Positions 34,782 to 45,020 of a stretch of 64,000 nucleotides of DNA are shown one piece after another. The position numbers and the translations under genes were made by a program. The DNA lies in NCBI GenBank assembly GCA_027923505.1, contig BROI01000021.1:434001-498000 (forward strand), written 5' to 3'. The notes below the pieces were generated by a model, which saw only the letters and a program-made list of their open reading frames with translations, was not told the DNA's origin and searched no databases. This DNA is from Mayamaea pseudoterrestris (Eukaryota). The stretch's first letter is position 1; every line of letters starts with the position of its first letter.

Positions 34782-36347
34782 GGTGATACGATGACTCTTA
34801 CTGCCAGTGAAGGAAAGTTGGCCAGGCCAATCCAGTTTGTTGACGAAGAAGTGAGTGTTTGCCTACTTCAACTTGTGTAGGATGTAGGATGCGTACTGAC
34901 GCTGCCGTAGAAAGATGCTCAGAACCCATTCGTTCTCTGTGTTTTGCAAAACCGTTGCGACTTTAAGTGACAGATTCGTCCAAATTTTCGAAAGACACGG
35001 CTCGTCGGTCAGCACGACCTGAACAGAAGTTTAGGATATTGACGTGAAGATATCAGCACACTACGTGGTACACACTTTGCATTGGATGTCGGAGAAGATC
35101 GATGCTGCATACGAAACGAACCGCGAACAGATTTAGCGCTTGTACCGACCGACCTTCTGTACATGACCAATGATGGAAAACATAGAATGCATGCTAAAGA
35201 TCTGCATCGTGTTGAAGACGCCTATTGCATTTCATATTGGATTTGACAGTTTTGCATTCGCAGGGTGTCGGCCAGCCGACGGAATTCGGAGGATTGGTTA
35301 TAGGCGAGGGACAACAACAAGTCTGTCGGGAGACAGGGATTGCACCTATGTCGGAGAAGTAGCAGAGGGAAGGTGCCTTGCCCTAATGATGGTGACATTG
35401 ATCGAGTGATTGCTGATGAACCACGCCGACGAATTTTGTCCAGATTTCACACGGCTGGGCTCGTAGTCGTCTCGGCCATGGCGCAATGTGGCAAACATTG
35501 ACACCATTGAAAGCGTATCCTTTTCTGTATGCCTCATACGATTACAAAGAGATTGAACGAAAGGTATAGCCGGAAGAAACGGAAGCGATTACAAAATCTT
35601 CGGGCAGCCGTTAGACAGCTCGTGCACGACAGTACGACCCAATCTAGCTCCTGTCGAAAAACGAAGGGAAATGTGTTTGTAACCGTCAGGCGCAGTACTT
35701 TGACGTGGAAGCTTTTGCAGATAAGTGGACACATCAGGTCCGCGTTGCTACAGTCGCAGGCTTCCCCTGTCCATGTGGAAGTAAGTGCGGATTAGTTTTG
35801 TCACTGGCACATGCTTGTTTGCGCATCAATACGCTTGATTCTTCGTTACAGAAACTCACGTACAGAGCACGACCAAATTGAGTACGCGCCTGTGAGGAGT
35901 GACTGGATTAAAGTCTAGGAACGATGTGTTTTTTTAATATACAGCCATCAGTGCGGATGATTGTAAAAACGACAACATTTTTCGTCCGCAGAGAGTGATC
36001 AAGTGACAAATACGAAAAGGTTTTCAAGGTAGCTGGATTTATTTAAATGGGATACATTCGTGTCAATATGCTTCTACCGGTATGTAGTACGTAGCTGAAC
36101 TCGTTCTGCCGCGCTTGCCGCCGTGTAATAGGAGCAATAAATGATTTTTCGCAAAGTCGGAGATACTGCCGAGTCATTATTATTGCGGCATGATACGACT
36201 CGTGTGCACGAATCAACAGAATGGTGATTATTCTTAACTTCATAGAATAGCAGTAGCGCGATAGACGTGTGTAAGGTTTACTTAAAGCCTACTCGTAGAG
36301 GATAAAATAGAGAGTGTTTACGGATAACGAACGATAGCCATTCCATG

Positions 36348-37787
36348 TTAAAACAAGTCTGGCCAAGCCTGTGTCCACGAAGCTCGCATATTAGCAGAGA
36401 GATCCGGATAATGGCGTTCCAATTCAGCTGGTGCCTCACAGTAGCACACAATGACTGTGTTCATGGCCGAGGCAACAACAGCGAAGATGACAGAGGCGAA
36501 GGAAAATCCCACCAAGAAGCCAATACCAAAAGCTGCACCAGCGGCGTCGTCGATTCCAAAGTCAGCGAACATGCTACTATCAAACAGCCCAAAAAAGAGA
36601 CCAATGAGGCCTGTCGCAAGTCCAACGGCGACCGACATCATGAAGAGCACATTGTCAGCCAAGTCATCAGTTATAATGACAGTCCATCCCCGCTGCTGAA
36701 AAAGCTCAATAACATTTCTGCCGGCATCCAAGAAGGAAAATCCGTATAATCCAACGTATACATAGGCAAACTTGGTAATTTCCTCGATGATCGACTGGAT
36801 GCAACTTAGGAGGCACTGGATAATGCAGCTCAGGAATTGTAGCTCGTCGTTGTCTCTCGAATAGTATTCTAGTGCCCGAAGAGCTTGGACAATCGCCACC
36901 AAAAAGCTTCCAAAGCAAACGGACCCAAAGGAGTAGGTGGTAGTTCGTACAAAACTATCCGTGAGCGCCGAACTGCAGAAGCTATTGGCTTCCTCTGGAA
37001 CAAACCACCACGATCCTACTATCCCAGACGTCGTGCAATGAACAGTATTAGAAAGGACTTGGTGTACCCAATAGAAGCTGAGAAAGAGGAAGAAGACGAA
37101 TGCCGCATTATTGTCTTCCATAGACGACCCAAGTCCAAGCATCCATAATAAAGTCCAAGCAAAGGCAAGTCCAGTCATCGCATAGGCAAGCACAAGAACT
37201 CCAAGATTCGCCTTCACAGCAACCAACGCCGTTTTTAGATTAGCCGCCGCAAAAGCTAGTCGGTTCCAAACAAGTCTCGCGTAGCATATTCCAACCGCAA
37301 AACTGAGTAAGCCCAAGACGCCCATGAGAATTGAGCCAGTGACAAAGCCGAGTATACCAATTGCAAGACTCGTCAAGACGGAAAAGACAAGAGCCATTTG
37401 AACTAGCGTATCGGCGTGCTGAAACATGATTGATAGCGCCAAGGTCGCCATGACAATTCCGGCTAAACCGCAGATAGTCACCAGCCAAATAATAGCGCCA
37501 TGGCTACCTCCTTGCGTCCAATTACCATCACCACGATTCGCGATACCGATGAATAGAAAGACAAGCATGAAGGCCAAATGAATGTAGAAGGCAATGGCCC
37601 AGCCAACATCTTGAAATTTGCGAGGACGACGCTCCTCCAAGACTTGAACGTTGTCGTTGTTGTCAAGAAAAATACCATCCTTGCGGTGCAAAGGATCGGC
37701 ATCCGATGAAGCCTCTCCATGATAAGTCGCGTATGCAGTCTCAGGAGAGTGAGAGATAGCAACGCCTTGAACAATTGGGATAGTCAT
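36348..37787 (-). CDS. Choline transporter-like (SLC44/CTL) protein, paralog of the gene at 1-868
   Basis: 'FQDVGWAIAF', 'RTTTYSFGSVCFGSFLVA' and 'FAYVYVGLYGFSF'; about 10 TM helices. Confidence 0.9.
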   Translation of the reverse strand: MTIPIVQGVAISHSPETAYATYHGEASSDADPLHRKDGIFLDNNDNVQVLEERRPRKFQDVGWAIAFYIHLAFMLVFLFIGIANRGDGNWTQGGSHGAIIWLVTICGLAGIVMATLALSIMFQHADTLVQMALVFSVLTSLAIGILGFVTGSILMGVLGLLSFAVGICYARLVWNRLAFAAANLKTALVAVKANLGVLVLAYAMTGLAFAWTLLWMLGLGSSMEDNNAAFVFFLFLSFYWVHQVLSNTVHCTTSGIVGSWWFVPEEANSFCSSALTDSFVRTTTYSFGSVCFGSFLVAIVQALRALEYYSRDNDELQFLSCIIQCLLSCIQSIIEEITKFAYVYVGLYGFSFLDAGRNVIELFQQRGWTVIITDDLADNVLFMMSVAVGLATGLIGLFFGLFDSSMFADFGIDDAAGAAFGIGFLVGFSFASVIFAVVASAMNTVIVCYCEAPAELERHYPDLSANMRASWTQAWPDLF

Positions 37788-38171
37788 GGTCCTTTGGAAG
37801 GTTGTACGATATTGGAAACGATGTTAGACTTGGTATAGGTTGATACCGACTTGTGTTTCGAGTTGCAGCCTTCGCCGCGAACCGGCGAGTTTCCGAGAAG
37901 CAGGCGTGGCGCCAGCCGGGCCATGACGTCATAGAATATGTCACGCGGGACACATCCATTCGCTAGGCAGAAGGTTCGGTCGACCATGGCAATGGCACCG
38001 CACGAAATCGCGCAGAGAGCTACCGTAGCCTCAAAACGAATGATCCAGTGCACCAGAGCTTGGAGCATTGAGTTTTTTACTGGTGGATGTTTTTAGCGTG
38101 CTTGCTATTACATATTAGAGTTCCAGTTTTAACAAGCAGGTCTTTATCGAAAAGTACCACTACGTATTGGA

Positions 38172-39808
38172 ATGTCCTTTTCTTCGCGCCGTCGGAATTA
38201 TCTTTTGACACCCCATCGTCGCGATGGGTTGATTGAGTGGTACGAGAAAGCTGAAAAAGAAAGAGCTTTACATGCAAACTAGACTGGACAGCTAACGGTC
38301 GTTTTATTTTCATTCTTCGATCGGCAGGATGAAATCCATGCTGCAGCACTCATTCGTTTTGGATGCTTTAGAGGAGACCGGAGCAGATACATTTTCTCAT
38401 TTTGAAACACTCATTGAAGAGCATCGAAGAATGGCATCGGATCCAGAGTCGTCAACGAATCACTCTCGTTTGAAGCGCTTGGTGCCAACGATTGGGGAGT
38501 TTCATACGCATCTACCTCTACGTCAAGCGTTCGAATTGTACAATGAGAAGCATAGGCTCACGCAGCGAAAGCACATTCAGATCTCATTCAATGAGGTGAG
38601 CGTTCATCAAGTGGTCGATACTCAAGGCTTTGCCTCCTCTCATTATCTTCTTCGTCGTTGCTCAGATTCGGCACATTCTTAATCTGGCTCAAATCATGGC
38701 GCTTCGAAAGATTCCACTGCCATCGGATGATTGTGTTTTAGAAACAATTTCACGAATGGCGAGGCGTATTTCAGATGTTTCCGACTTTGAGACGCATGAC
38801 TTTCAGGTTGATGAGCGATTCAATGGTCCGTCTCTTATAAGTTTCGATGGAGATCAAACACTCTACAGCGACGGTGAGAATTTCGAGAAGAATCCAAAGC
38901 TTGCGTTTTATCTCTTTCAACTGCTTCGCTGTAGAGTGCACGTTGCGGTCGTTACCGCTGCAGGCTACGAGTACCAGGTGGAGAAGTACGAGTATCGATT
39001 GAGTGGTCTGCTTCAATACTTTAAGGCTCGTGGCTTGAAGGAGGAAGAGTGCAGCCGCTTTTACCTGTTTGGAGGGGAATGCAACTATTTGTTGCAGCTT
39101 TCAGGCGACTTTCGCCTCAAGCCTGTCAAGGAAGGCGGCCCAGGAGGCTGGCTCACGTCTACAAAGTTCATTCAAGAATCACCGGCAAACTGGACAGAGA
39201 CAAACATCACCGCGCTTTTAGACGTTGCAGAATCTCAATTTACGAAATCATTAGAGGACCTTAATTTGCGAGGTCGCACGATTCGAAAGCGCCGAGCTGT
39301 CGGCTTGGTACCCAATCTTGGCCAAGAGATGACACGCGAGTCGCTTGACGAGACGATCCTTCGAGCGCACGAAGCACTGGCGAAACTGAACAGTGAAAAT
39401 GGACCGGTTCTTCCCTTCTGCGCATTTAACGGCGGAAATGACTGCTGGGTTGACGTTGGTAACAAACGGGTAGGCGTAAGGATTTTGCAAGCGTACTTGG
39501 GCGTCCCTAACGACGAGACTTTACACATTGGCGACCAGTTTCTAAACACTGGAAATGACTTTGCTGCACGGGATGTCAGTCCTTGTATCTGGATTATAAA
39601 CCCAGTCGAAACAACTTACATCTTGAAGTCAATTCTTCACCTGGCCGGTGTCAGCGTCGCTTCTTCAGAACATACGGCATTTGAGAGCGCCGTAGCCGAC
39701 AGTTCTCTTGAACGTAAAGAATGTGCGATTAACTTCGAGGAACTTGAGCGACGATCTGAAGCTGCCAAGCGAATGGACGTTTATACTGGCGATTTTACAA
39801 CGCCATAG
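38172..39808 (+). CDS. ISN1: IMP-specific 5'-nucleotidase (HAD family); introns 38240-38327 and 38596-38665
   Basis: Spliced N-terminus 'MSFSSRRRNYLLTPHRRDGLIEWMKSMLQHSFVL'. Motifs 'SFNEIRHILN', 'FDGDQTLY', 'VTAAGY', 'FNGGND.WVDVGNK' and 'HIGDQF..GNDF'. Confidence 0.93.
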
Positions 39809-39879
39809 CCGTTCTTTACGGGCCTGACTAAAGAGAAGCGGTTAATTAAAAGGAAGTATAAATGCTCGTTCGCCTATCA

Positions 39880-41289
39880 TTATTCTACCTTGGCATGGTT
39901 ACTACTCCTAGTGAAACTTCTGGCGTTACGCGGCGTAATGATGTCAAAGCACCAAATGTTCAGTAGGCTGCAAATCTCATGGACAATTATCCTTGTCTTC
40001 ATTGTGACATAGACTATAGACGCCGTCGTGTAAACAATTAAATAATGTTGAGTCAAAATTCCGGCTCGCATGTGGCCGCAAGCGACGCAAACTGTAAACA
40101 ATACAAGTGGCAGCTGAATCCATCGGACCAACTTGTAAGGTTGTTCCGTGGTATGTTTCAGCATAAGTTCAGTCACCGCTTCGACGAACAGAGTTGCGCA
40201 AAGATGTAAACTTGTTCTAGGAGAATATAGCCAGACGTCAACATCCTTCCATCCCACTACCAGACAGCAAACAATCAGAGTTGCGAACGGCAGCAGAGTT
40301 GCTACCGCGGTGCGACCGAAGGTTCGTGAGACGGTGTTAATTTTTTGCGAAACTTCCTGCACGAATCCAAAAGATGCAGCAATGATTAGCAAATCTGCGT
40401 TTCGTAGTGCATAGTGCGGAAGCCATGTTGCCAAGGGCGGAAACCGTTTCGCCGCAAACTGGAGGAGTGGCGCGACAATGTCATCCCATCCTGAGGTTTT
40501 TTGCCAAAACTCGGGACCATTAATGTACGAAGCCAGGCTCATGCAGATGGCTCCTAGTAATCCTTCGTTGGGTCCATTCACAATGGGCATGATGAGCTGT
40601 CCAGTATAATATTCCTCCCATGTTCCAACGTAGAACAGGGCGTATGGTCCAAATAATGCAATGAAGCAGTGCCAAGCGTCACGGCGGAGGTGCAACTGCA
40701 TGCACACCATCCAGCCCGTCGAACCAAACAGCGAATTCACCGCATCACATCCATGATCAAACAAGAGACCCAGAGGGCTGGATGATCCGGTTCGTCGAGC
40801 TTGCTTGCCGTCAATATTGTCAAGTGTTTGGTAGAGAAAAATGCAAATTGCGTTCCACAAAAAGACCCATCGCGGAGGCGAAACCTCGTCTTCACTCAGC
40901 AATAACGTCGCCGCGTAGTACCACATGATTACATAGGATGAGATCATGAATAAAAGACCAATCAAGGTAATCAAGTTTGGCGCCATCCAGCGCGGAATCA
41001 AATGATCAACGCAGCACTGCGCAAGCGGCGACAGCACATAAGCGTAGACGAGGGAGCGGTCTTCACCTTTGTACTGGAAATGAGGAAGCTTGTCGCGTGC
41101 GTCCACATTCAAGTAGTAGAAAGCATCACAAGAAGGCGCTGACAATTGGTCTTGTTTTATGCCAGAAGAACCTGTTTCGCCTTCGTTAGTCGAATCGACG
41201 ATACTTGATGTTGCTGCTGCTGTTGCTGCTGCTGCTGCTAAAGTGATAGAGTTACTTGCTTTATGCTTCAGTTCCTCTTTAGGGCTCAT
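39880..41289 (-). CDS. Choline/ethanolamine phosphotransferase (CDP-alcohol phosphatidyltransferase)
   Basis: Signature 'DNIDGKQARRTGSSSPLGLLFDHGCD' and 'APNLIT'. Confidence 0.93.
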   Translation of the reverse strand: MSPKEELKHKASNSITLAAAAATAAATSSIVDSTNEGETGSSGIKQDQLSAPSCDAFYYLNVDARDKLPHFQYKGEDRSLVYAYVLSPLAQCCVDHLIPRWMAPNLITLIGLLFMISSYVIMWYYAATLLLSEDEVSPPRWVFLWNAICIFLYQTLDNIDGKQARRTGSSSPLGLLFDHGCDAVNSLFGSTGWMVCMQLHLRRDAWHCFIALFGPYALFYVGTWEEYYTGQLIMPIVNGPNEGLLGAICMSLASYINGPEFWQKTSGWDDIVAPLLQFAAKRFPPLATWLPHYALRNADLLIIAASFGFVQEVSQKINTVSRTFGRTAVATLLPFATLIVCCLVVGWKDVDVWLYSPRTSLHLCATLFVEAVTELMLKHTTEQPYKLVRWIQLPLVLFTVCVACGHMRAGILTQHYLIVYTTASIVYVTMKTRIIVHEICSLLNIWCFDIITPRNARSFTRSSNHAKVE

Positions 41290-41540
41290 GGTTGTTTCGA
41301 ATAAAACCGATTGCAATGATTTGGCTCGTCTTCGTCGATATATTGGGATGACCTTGAAGCACTATATACGAGACATAAATGCCCGCGCCATTTGCCATCA
41401 TGGCGGTGGAACGAGAAAAGCGCCACAGTGAATGATGGGCCCAGAACCCCTTCAAAGCCGCTACGACATCTCTCCATCACCAAGCAAGATTCCATTGCCA
41501 AAGATCACGAATACATCATCATTTCCATTTTCGGCCCACC

Positions 41541-43844
41541 ATGAGCAACATTGTAGAGTCACTCGAGCAACTGACTGAGTCTCTCACTCACCCTGAGTCT
41601 CTTGGAGTTGAGTTGGTTTTCAATAAAAGTAAGAGCGAAGAACAAAAGCAACGCCAACATGAGTTTGAATCTGCACTGCATGCCGCATGTCAGTCACTTT
41701 TTCAAACCATTGAAGGCATACATCGCAAGCATGGGCACTTACTACATAAGCATCGCGGAAGAAATTCCGAGAACAAACTGTCCACTTTATCGCAATTAGA
41801 TTCGCTTGTCATGTCATCAGTGGGCGCTGATTTTACCTTGATAGACGCGGAAACTCTATGGGCGCAGATTGACTTGCAAAATGTTCCTTTGCAGAAAGCT
41901 GTTCACAAGTCAACGAAGCAATTGATGAAAACCTCCGAGAATGCCATTAGACTCTTAATGATTCAAGAAGACGATGACGAATTGAAGGCTGAGCAGGGCG
42001 AGGAAGTAGGAAGCGACGTTGACGTGGAAACCAGGTCTGACGAGTGTGGTGAAGATTGTGAGGACGATGATGAACAAGCAAGCGACGCTGAAGCCAAGCG
42101 CATGCGCGATAGGATGGAGCGTGCTATGGCTGAATCGGACGCTGAAGGAGAAAGCTACCTGAAATCGGAGCCGTTTACGAAGGCAAATGCATCAAACGAC
42201 GAGGTTGCATCGGAAGAAATGCTTGTAGATCCTGCAGCCGAGGAGCTTAATGATGGTTTCTTTGATCTGAACGAAATGGAGTCATTTGCCGATGAGGAGG
42301 AGGAATATTTACCGGACGCGGCCTTCGACCAAGGCGTGCACGAACCACGGGTCAGGGTGAAGGACAAGCGCTCCTTTCACCAGCGACAACGCGAAGGCAA
42401 TGTTGGGTCCGATGATGAAAGTGATTTTGAAGGTGACGACGACGACAATACCCTAACATTTCGTAAGCCGAGAAGCGGTAGACGAAAGAAATATAGAGAT
42501 GATAAGGAGATTGATGCGCTCTACAGTCTTTACAAAAAGCCCAAGGATAATGACATTGAGGATGACGATGATGAAGTTATTAACATGACGGCCGCTGACT
42601 TATTTGGCCAACCTGACAAGAAGTTTCGTCGTGGCTTTGACAAGACATGGCTCAAGCGAAGTGCCGTTGATGCGGGCAACGATGAGGATGATGAATCTTG
42701 GGATGATCATCAGTTTAATGACGCGACGATTGGCTCGGGATGGGGTTTCGCCAAAGGTGACGGCATAGACTCACAAGATGAAAGTGATATTGACGAGGAA
42801 GCACTTGTTATGAAAGAATCCTTGGTGAAGGACAAGGCGAAAGGTACTGGTCAGTTGTCGAAGTTAATGCAACAGACGGAAGATTTAGAGGCAGAAATGT
42901 TAGCGGAGAAGCCGTGGCAAATGGTAGGCGAGACTGGGTCCATGGAGCGCCCCGTTAACTCGCTTCTGGATCTTACTCCAGAATTTGATGTTGCTAGCAA
43001 GCTAAAGCCGGTTGTAACTGTAGAACAAACAGCCGACCTCGAAGAAATAATTAAGCAACGCATTTTAAAGGACGATTGGGACGATGTCGCTCCTCGGGAA
43101 CTTCCGGACGTTGGCTGGCACAGTAAGCGCAACGAGCCTCCTCAAGTTAGTCAGGAGAAATCCAAACTGAGCCTTGGCGAGCTTTACGAACAGGAATATC
43201 TAAAAAAAGCCGTCGGATATGATGTACAAGCGGCCGAAAAGCGAAGTGTAGAGGACCAGGCGAAGGATGAAATGAAGTCTTTATTCGCAAACCTGTGTAG
43301 CAAACTCGATGCACTGACAAATTACCACTTTGCACCACGCCCAATTGCAGAAGAAGCTGAAGTCCGCGCAATTACCACTCCTGCCATCGCCGTTGAAGAG
43401 GTGCTCCCCCTTTATGTCAGTGATGCTCGTGGCGCTGCACCTGAGGAGGTATATGGGGCAAAGAGAGGAAGAGAAAGTATTCTTCGTAGCAACTCAGAAC
43501 TGGAGCAAGGTGAGCGGAAGAGACTTCGAGGGACGAAAAAATCGGCTCGTCGTAAAGCTCGTAAAGAGAAGCTGGCTGACGAGAAATTAGTGACACGCTT
43601 GCAGCCAGGACTTGGCCTTAACAATCCATATGAGAAGAGAAAGGTCCGCGAAGAGCTCTCAGCTGCACGTGCCAAGGGCCGAGTAACGGATGGGGAACTT
43701 GACACGAATGATTACGGAGCGAGTGGAACTTTTTTCGCTCGCTTACAGGAAGAGGCAGGGCAAAGCGTACGCGGCGCCGACGTTGGAGGTAGAGGCAAGC
43801 GACAAGGACCGAGTGCAGCTTCGACGAACGCGTTAAAACTTTAA
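41541..43844 (+). CDS. MPP10: U3 snoRNP/SSU processome protein Mpp10
   Basis: 'KPWQMVGE...RPVNSLL', 'LEEIIKQRI...WDDV', 'SKLSLGELYEQEY', 'KLDALTNYHFAP' and 'APEEVY'. Confidence 0.93.
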   Translation: MSNIVESLEQLTESLTHPESLGVELVFNKSKSEEQKQRQHEFESALHAACQSLFQTIEGIHRKHGHLLHKHRGRNSENKLSTLSQLDSLVMSSVGADFTLIDAETLWAQIDLQNVPLQKAVHKSTKQLMKTSENAIRLLMIQEDDDELKAEQGEEVGSDVDVETRSDECGEDCEDDDEQASDAEAKRMRDRMERAMAESDAEGESYLKSEPFTKANASNDEVASEEMLVDPAAEELNDGFFDLNEMESFADEEEEYLPDAAFDQGVHEPRVRVKDKRSFHQRQREGNVGSDDESDFEGDDDDNTLTFRKPRSGRRKKYRDDKEIDALYSLYKKPKDNDIEDDDDEVINMTAADLFGQPDKKFRRGFDKTWLKRSAVDAGNDEDDESWDDHQFNDATIGSGWGFAKGDGIDSQDESDIDEEALVMKESLVKDKAKGTGQLSKLMQQTEDLEAEMLAEKPWQMVGETGSMERPVNSLLDLTPEFDVASKLKPVVTVEQTADLEEIIKQRILKDDWDDVAPRELPDVGWHSKRNEPPQVSQEKSKLSLGELYEQEYLKKAVGYDVQAAEKRSVEDQAKDEMKSLFANLCSKLDALTNYHFAPRPIAEEAEVRAITTPAIAVEEVLPLYVSDARGAAPEEVYGAKRGRESILRSNSELEQGERKRLRGTKKSARRKARKEKLADEKLVTRLQPGLGLNNPYEKRKVREELSAARAKGRVTDGELDTNDYGASGTFFARLQEEAGQSVRGADVGGRGKRQGPSAASTNALKL

Positions 43845-44023
43845 ATATGGTTAAAACATGTTGAATTTACTGTTATCCAAGACGGGAGCGTCCGGCAAAA
43901 TGACTTTTCGTCACAAAATGTCATACTGGTACTCCAGTTTCCGTTAACGCTTCGAATATCCGTTGAAAGCCATGCCGGCGCGGCGCGCTAGCTCGTCCAG
44001 CTGTTTCGGAGTCTGCGATTTGC

Positions 44024-44108
44024 TACTTTCAGACAATGTCTGAAAGTATCTTTCTGATTCAGACAATGTCTGAAAGTATCTTTCTGATTCAGACAATGTC
44101 TGAAAGTA
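44024..44108. repeat. Tandem 30-bp repeat (~3 copies) with palindromic core TTCAGACA-A-TGTCTGAA
   Basis: Unit TTCAGACAATGTCTGAAAGTATCTTTCTGA read directly from the sequence. Confidence 0.95.
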
Positions 44109-44708
44109 AGTTACTATGACGTTTAAAGTACTTTTTGCAGATTCAGTAAATATCAATAGTCACTAAAGTCATTTATCATGCGCAGCCATCCACGACGGTG
44201 AACTTGAGGCCTTCGACAACGCTCGTTGCCGTGCAAACGCTTGCAAGCACTACCACTGTCAACTCAAGCTACAAAAAGCCAATTCTAATAATTTCACCTT
44301 CAAAATAGACTAAATAATATATGGCGATTGGATCTGTCAAGTTGGTTTGGTCGTGACGGGCCTGTGGAGCTCGCGACGACACGTTTCGTGTTCATGGGGG
44401 CGCCAGGCGCCAGTTCCGCTTCATGCAGCCAACTGATCGTCCTTTTCCTGGGAAATCTTTACTATATTGCCAGGTTCCATGTGATTGAGCAAGCTTCTTG
44501 ACACGAAATGTATTTATAACATGTAATGCAACAAGCTGTATGGCTGGTCAGTGCTTGTCGAAGGTGCCATGGTCGTCGTCGTCGAAAACTTGGTTGGCGG
44601 CAGTCATACCATCGAGACTTTTACAGGAAACAGCTGCCTCCACGACCAATCATGAGCCTCAAAAATATCATTGAGTTCTTTTTTAGTCGCAGGCTTAATT
44701 AGTCAAAA

Positions 44709-44808
44709 TCTGAAAGTATCTTTCATTTTCAGACAGTGTCTGAAAGTACATTTCTTATTAAGCCAATGTCTGAAAGTATCTTTCTGATTCAGACAACGTC
44801 TGAAAGTA
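44709..44808. repeat. Second, more diverged array (~3.5 copies) of the same 30-bp repeat
   Basis: TCTGAAAGTA recurs four times at exact 30-bp spacing, in the same orientation as the left array. Confidence 0.9.
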
Positions 44809-45020
44809 ATTTTGGCAATCCGTTGGCGCGCAAGCATAGCCTGGATTTGCACGCGCGAATTTTCGCCAATCAAATCTTATCCACGACTAAAAATTAGAAA
44901 CGGTGCGACATTTTTTGGCGAAAATGACGTTTTACCGGACGCTCCGGACTCGTGTACTGTATATAAAGTGTTCTCGGGGAACCCTACCACGCGATGGCTT
45001 CGTCGGTAACATTGACACGA

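Larger units (their letters stand above)
43885..44945. mobile_element. Non-autonomous DNA transposon/MITE-like element with ~42-bp imperfect TIRs
   Basis: Left end GGAGCGTCCGGCAAAATGACTTTTCGTCACAAAATGTCATAC (43885-43926). Reverse complement of right end GGAGCGTCCGGTAAAACGTCATTTTCGCCAAAAAATGTCGCAC (44903-44945). No intact ORF inside. Confidence 0.75.

Noticed and set aside
34800..36340. Possible decayed gene in a 1.5-kb gap
   Set aside because: Coding-like fragments are interrupted by stops and carry no recognisable motif; cannot be supported without a search.
43944..44156. ORF with YFQTLSESER repeats
   Set aside because: A by-product of the 30-bp DNA repeat, with a non-ATG start.
44110..44700. 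Transposase remnant inside the TIR element
   Set aside because: Only short stop-interrupted frames; no recognisable DDE motif.
44024..44808. Palindromic 30-bp repeats as a CRISPR array
   Set aside because: Units are contiguous with no unique spacers, there are no cas genes, and the context is eukaryotic.
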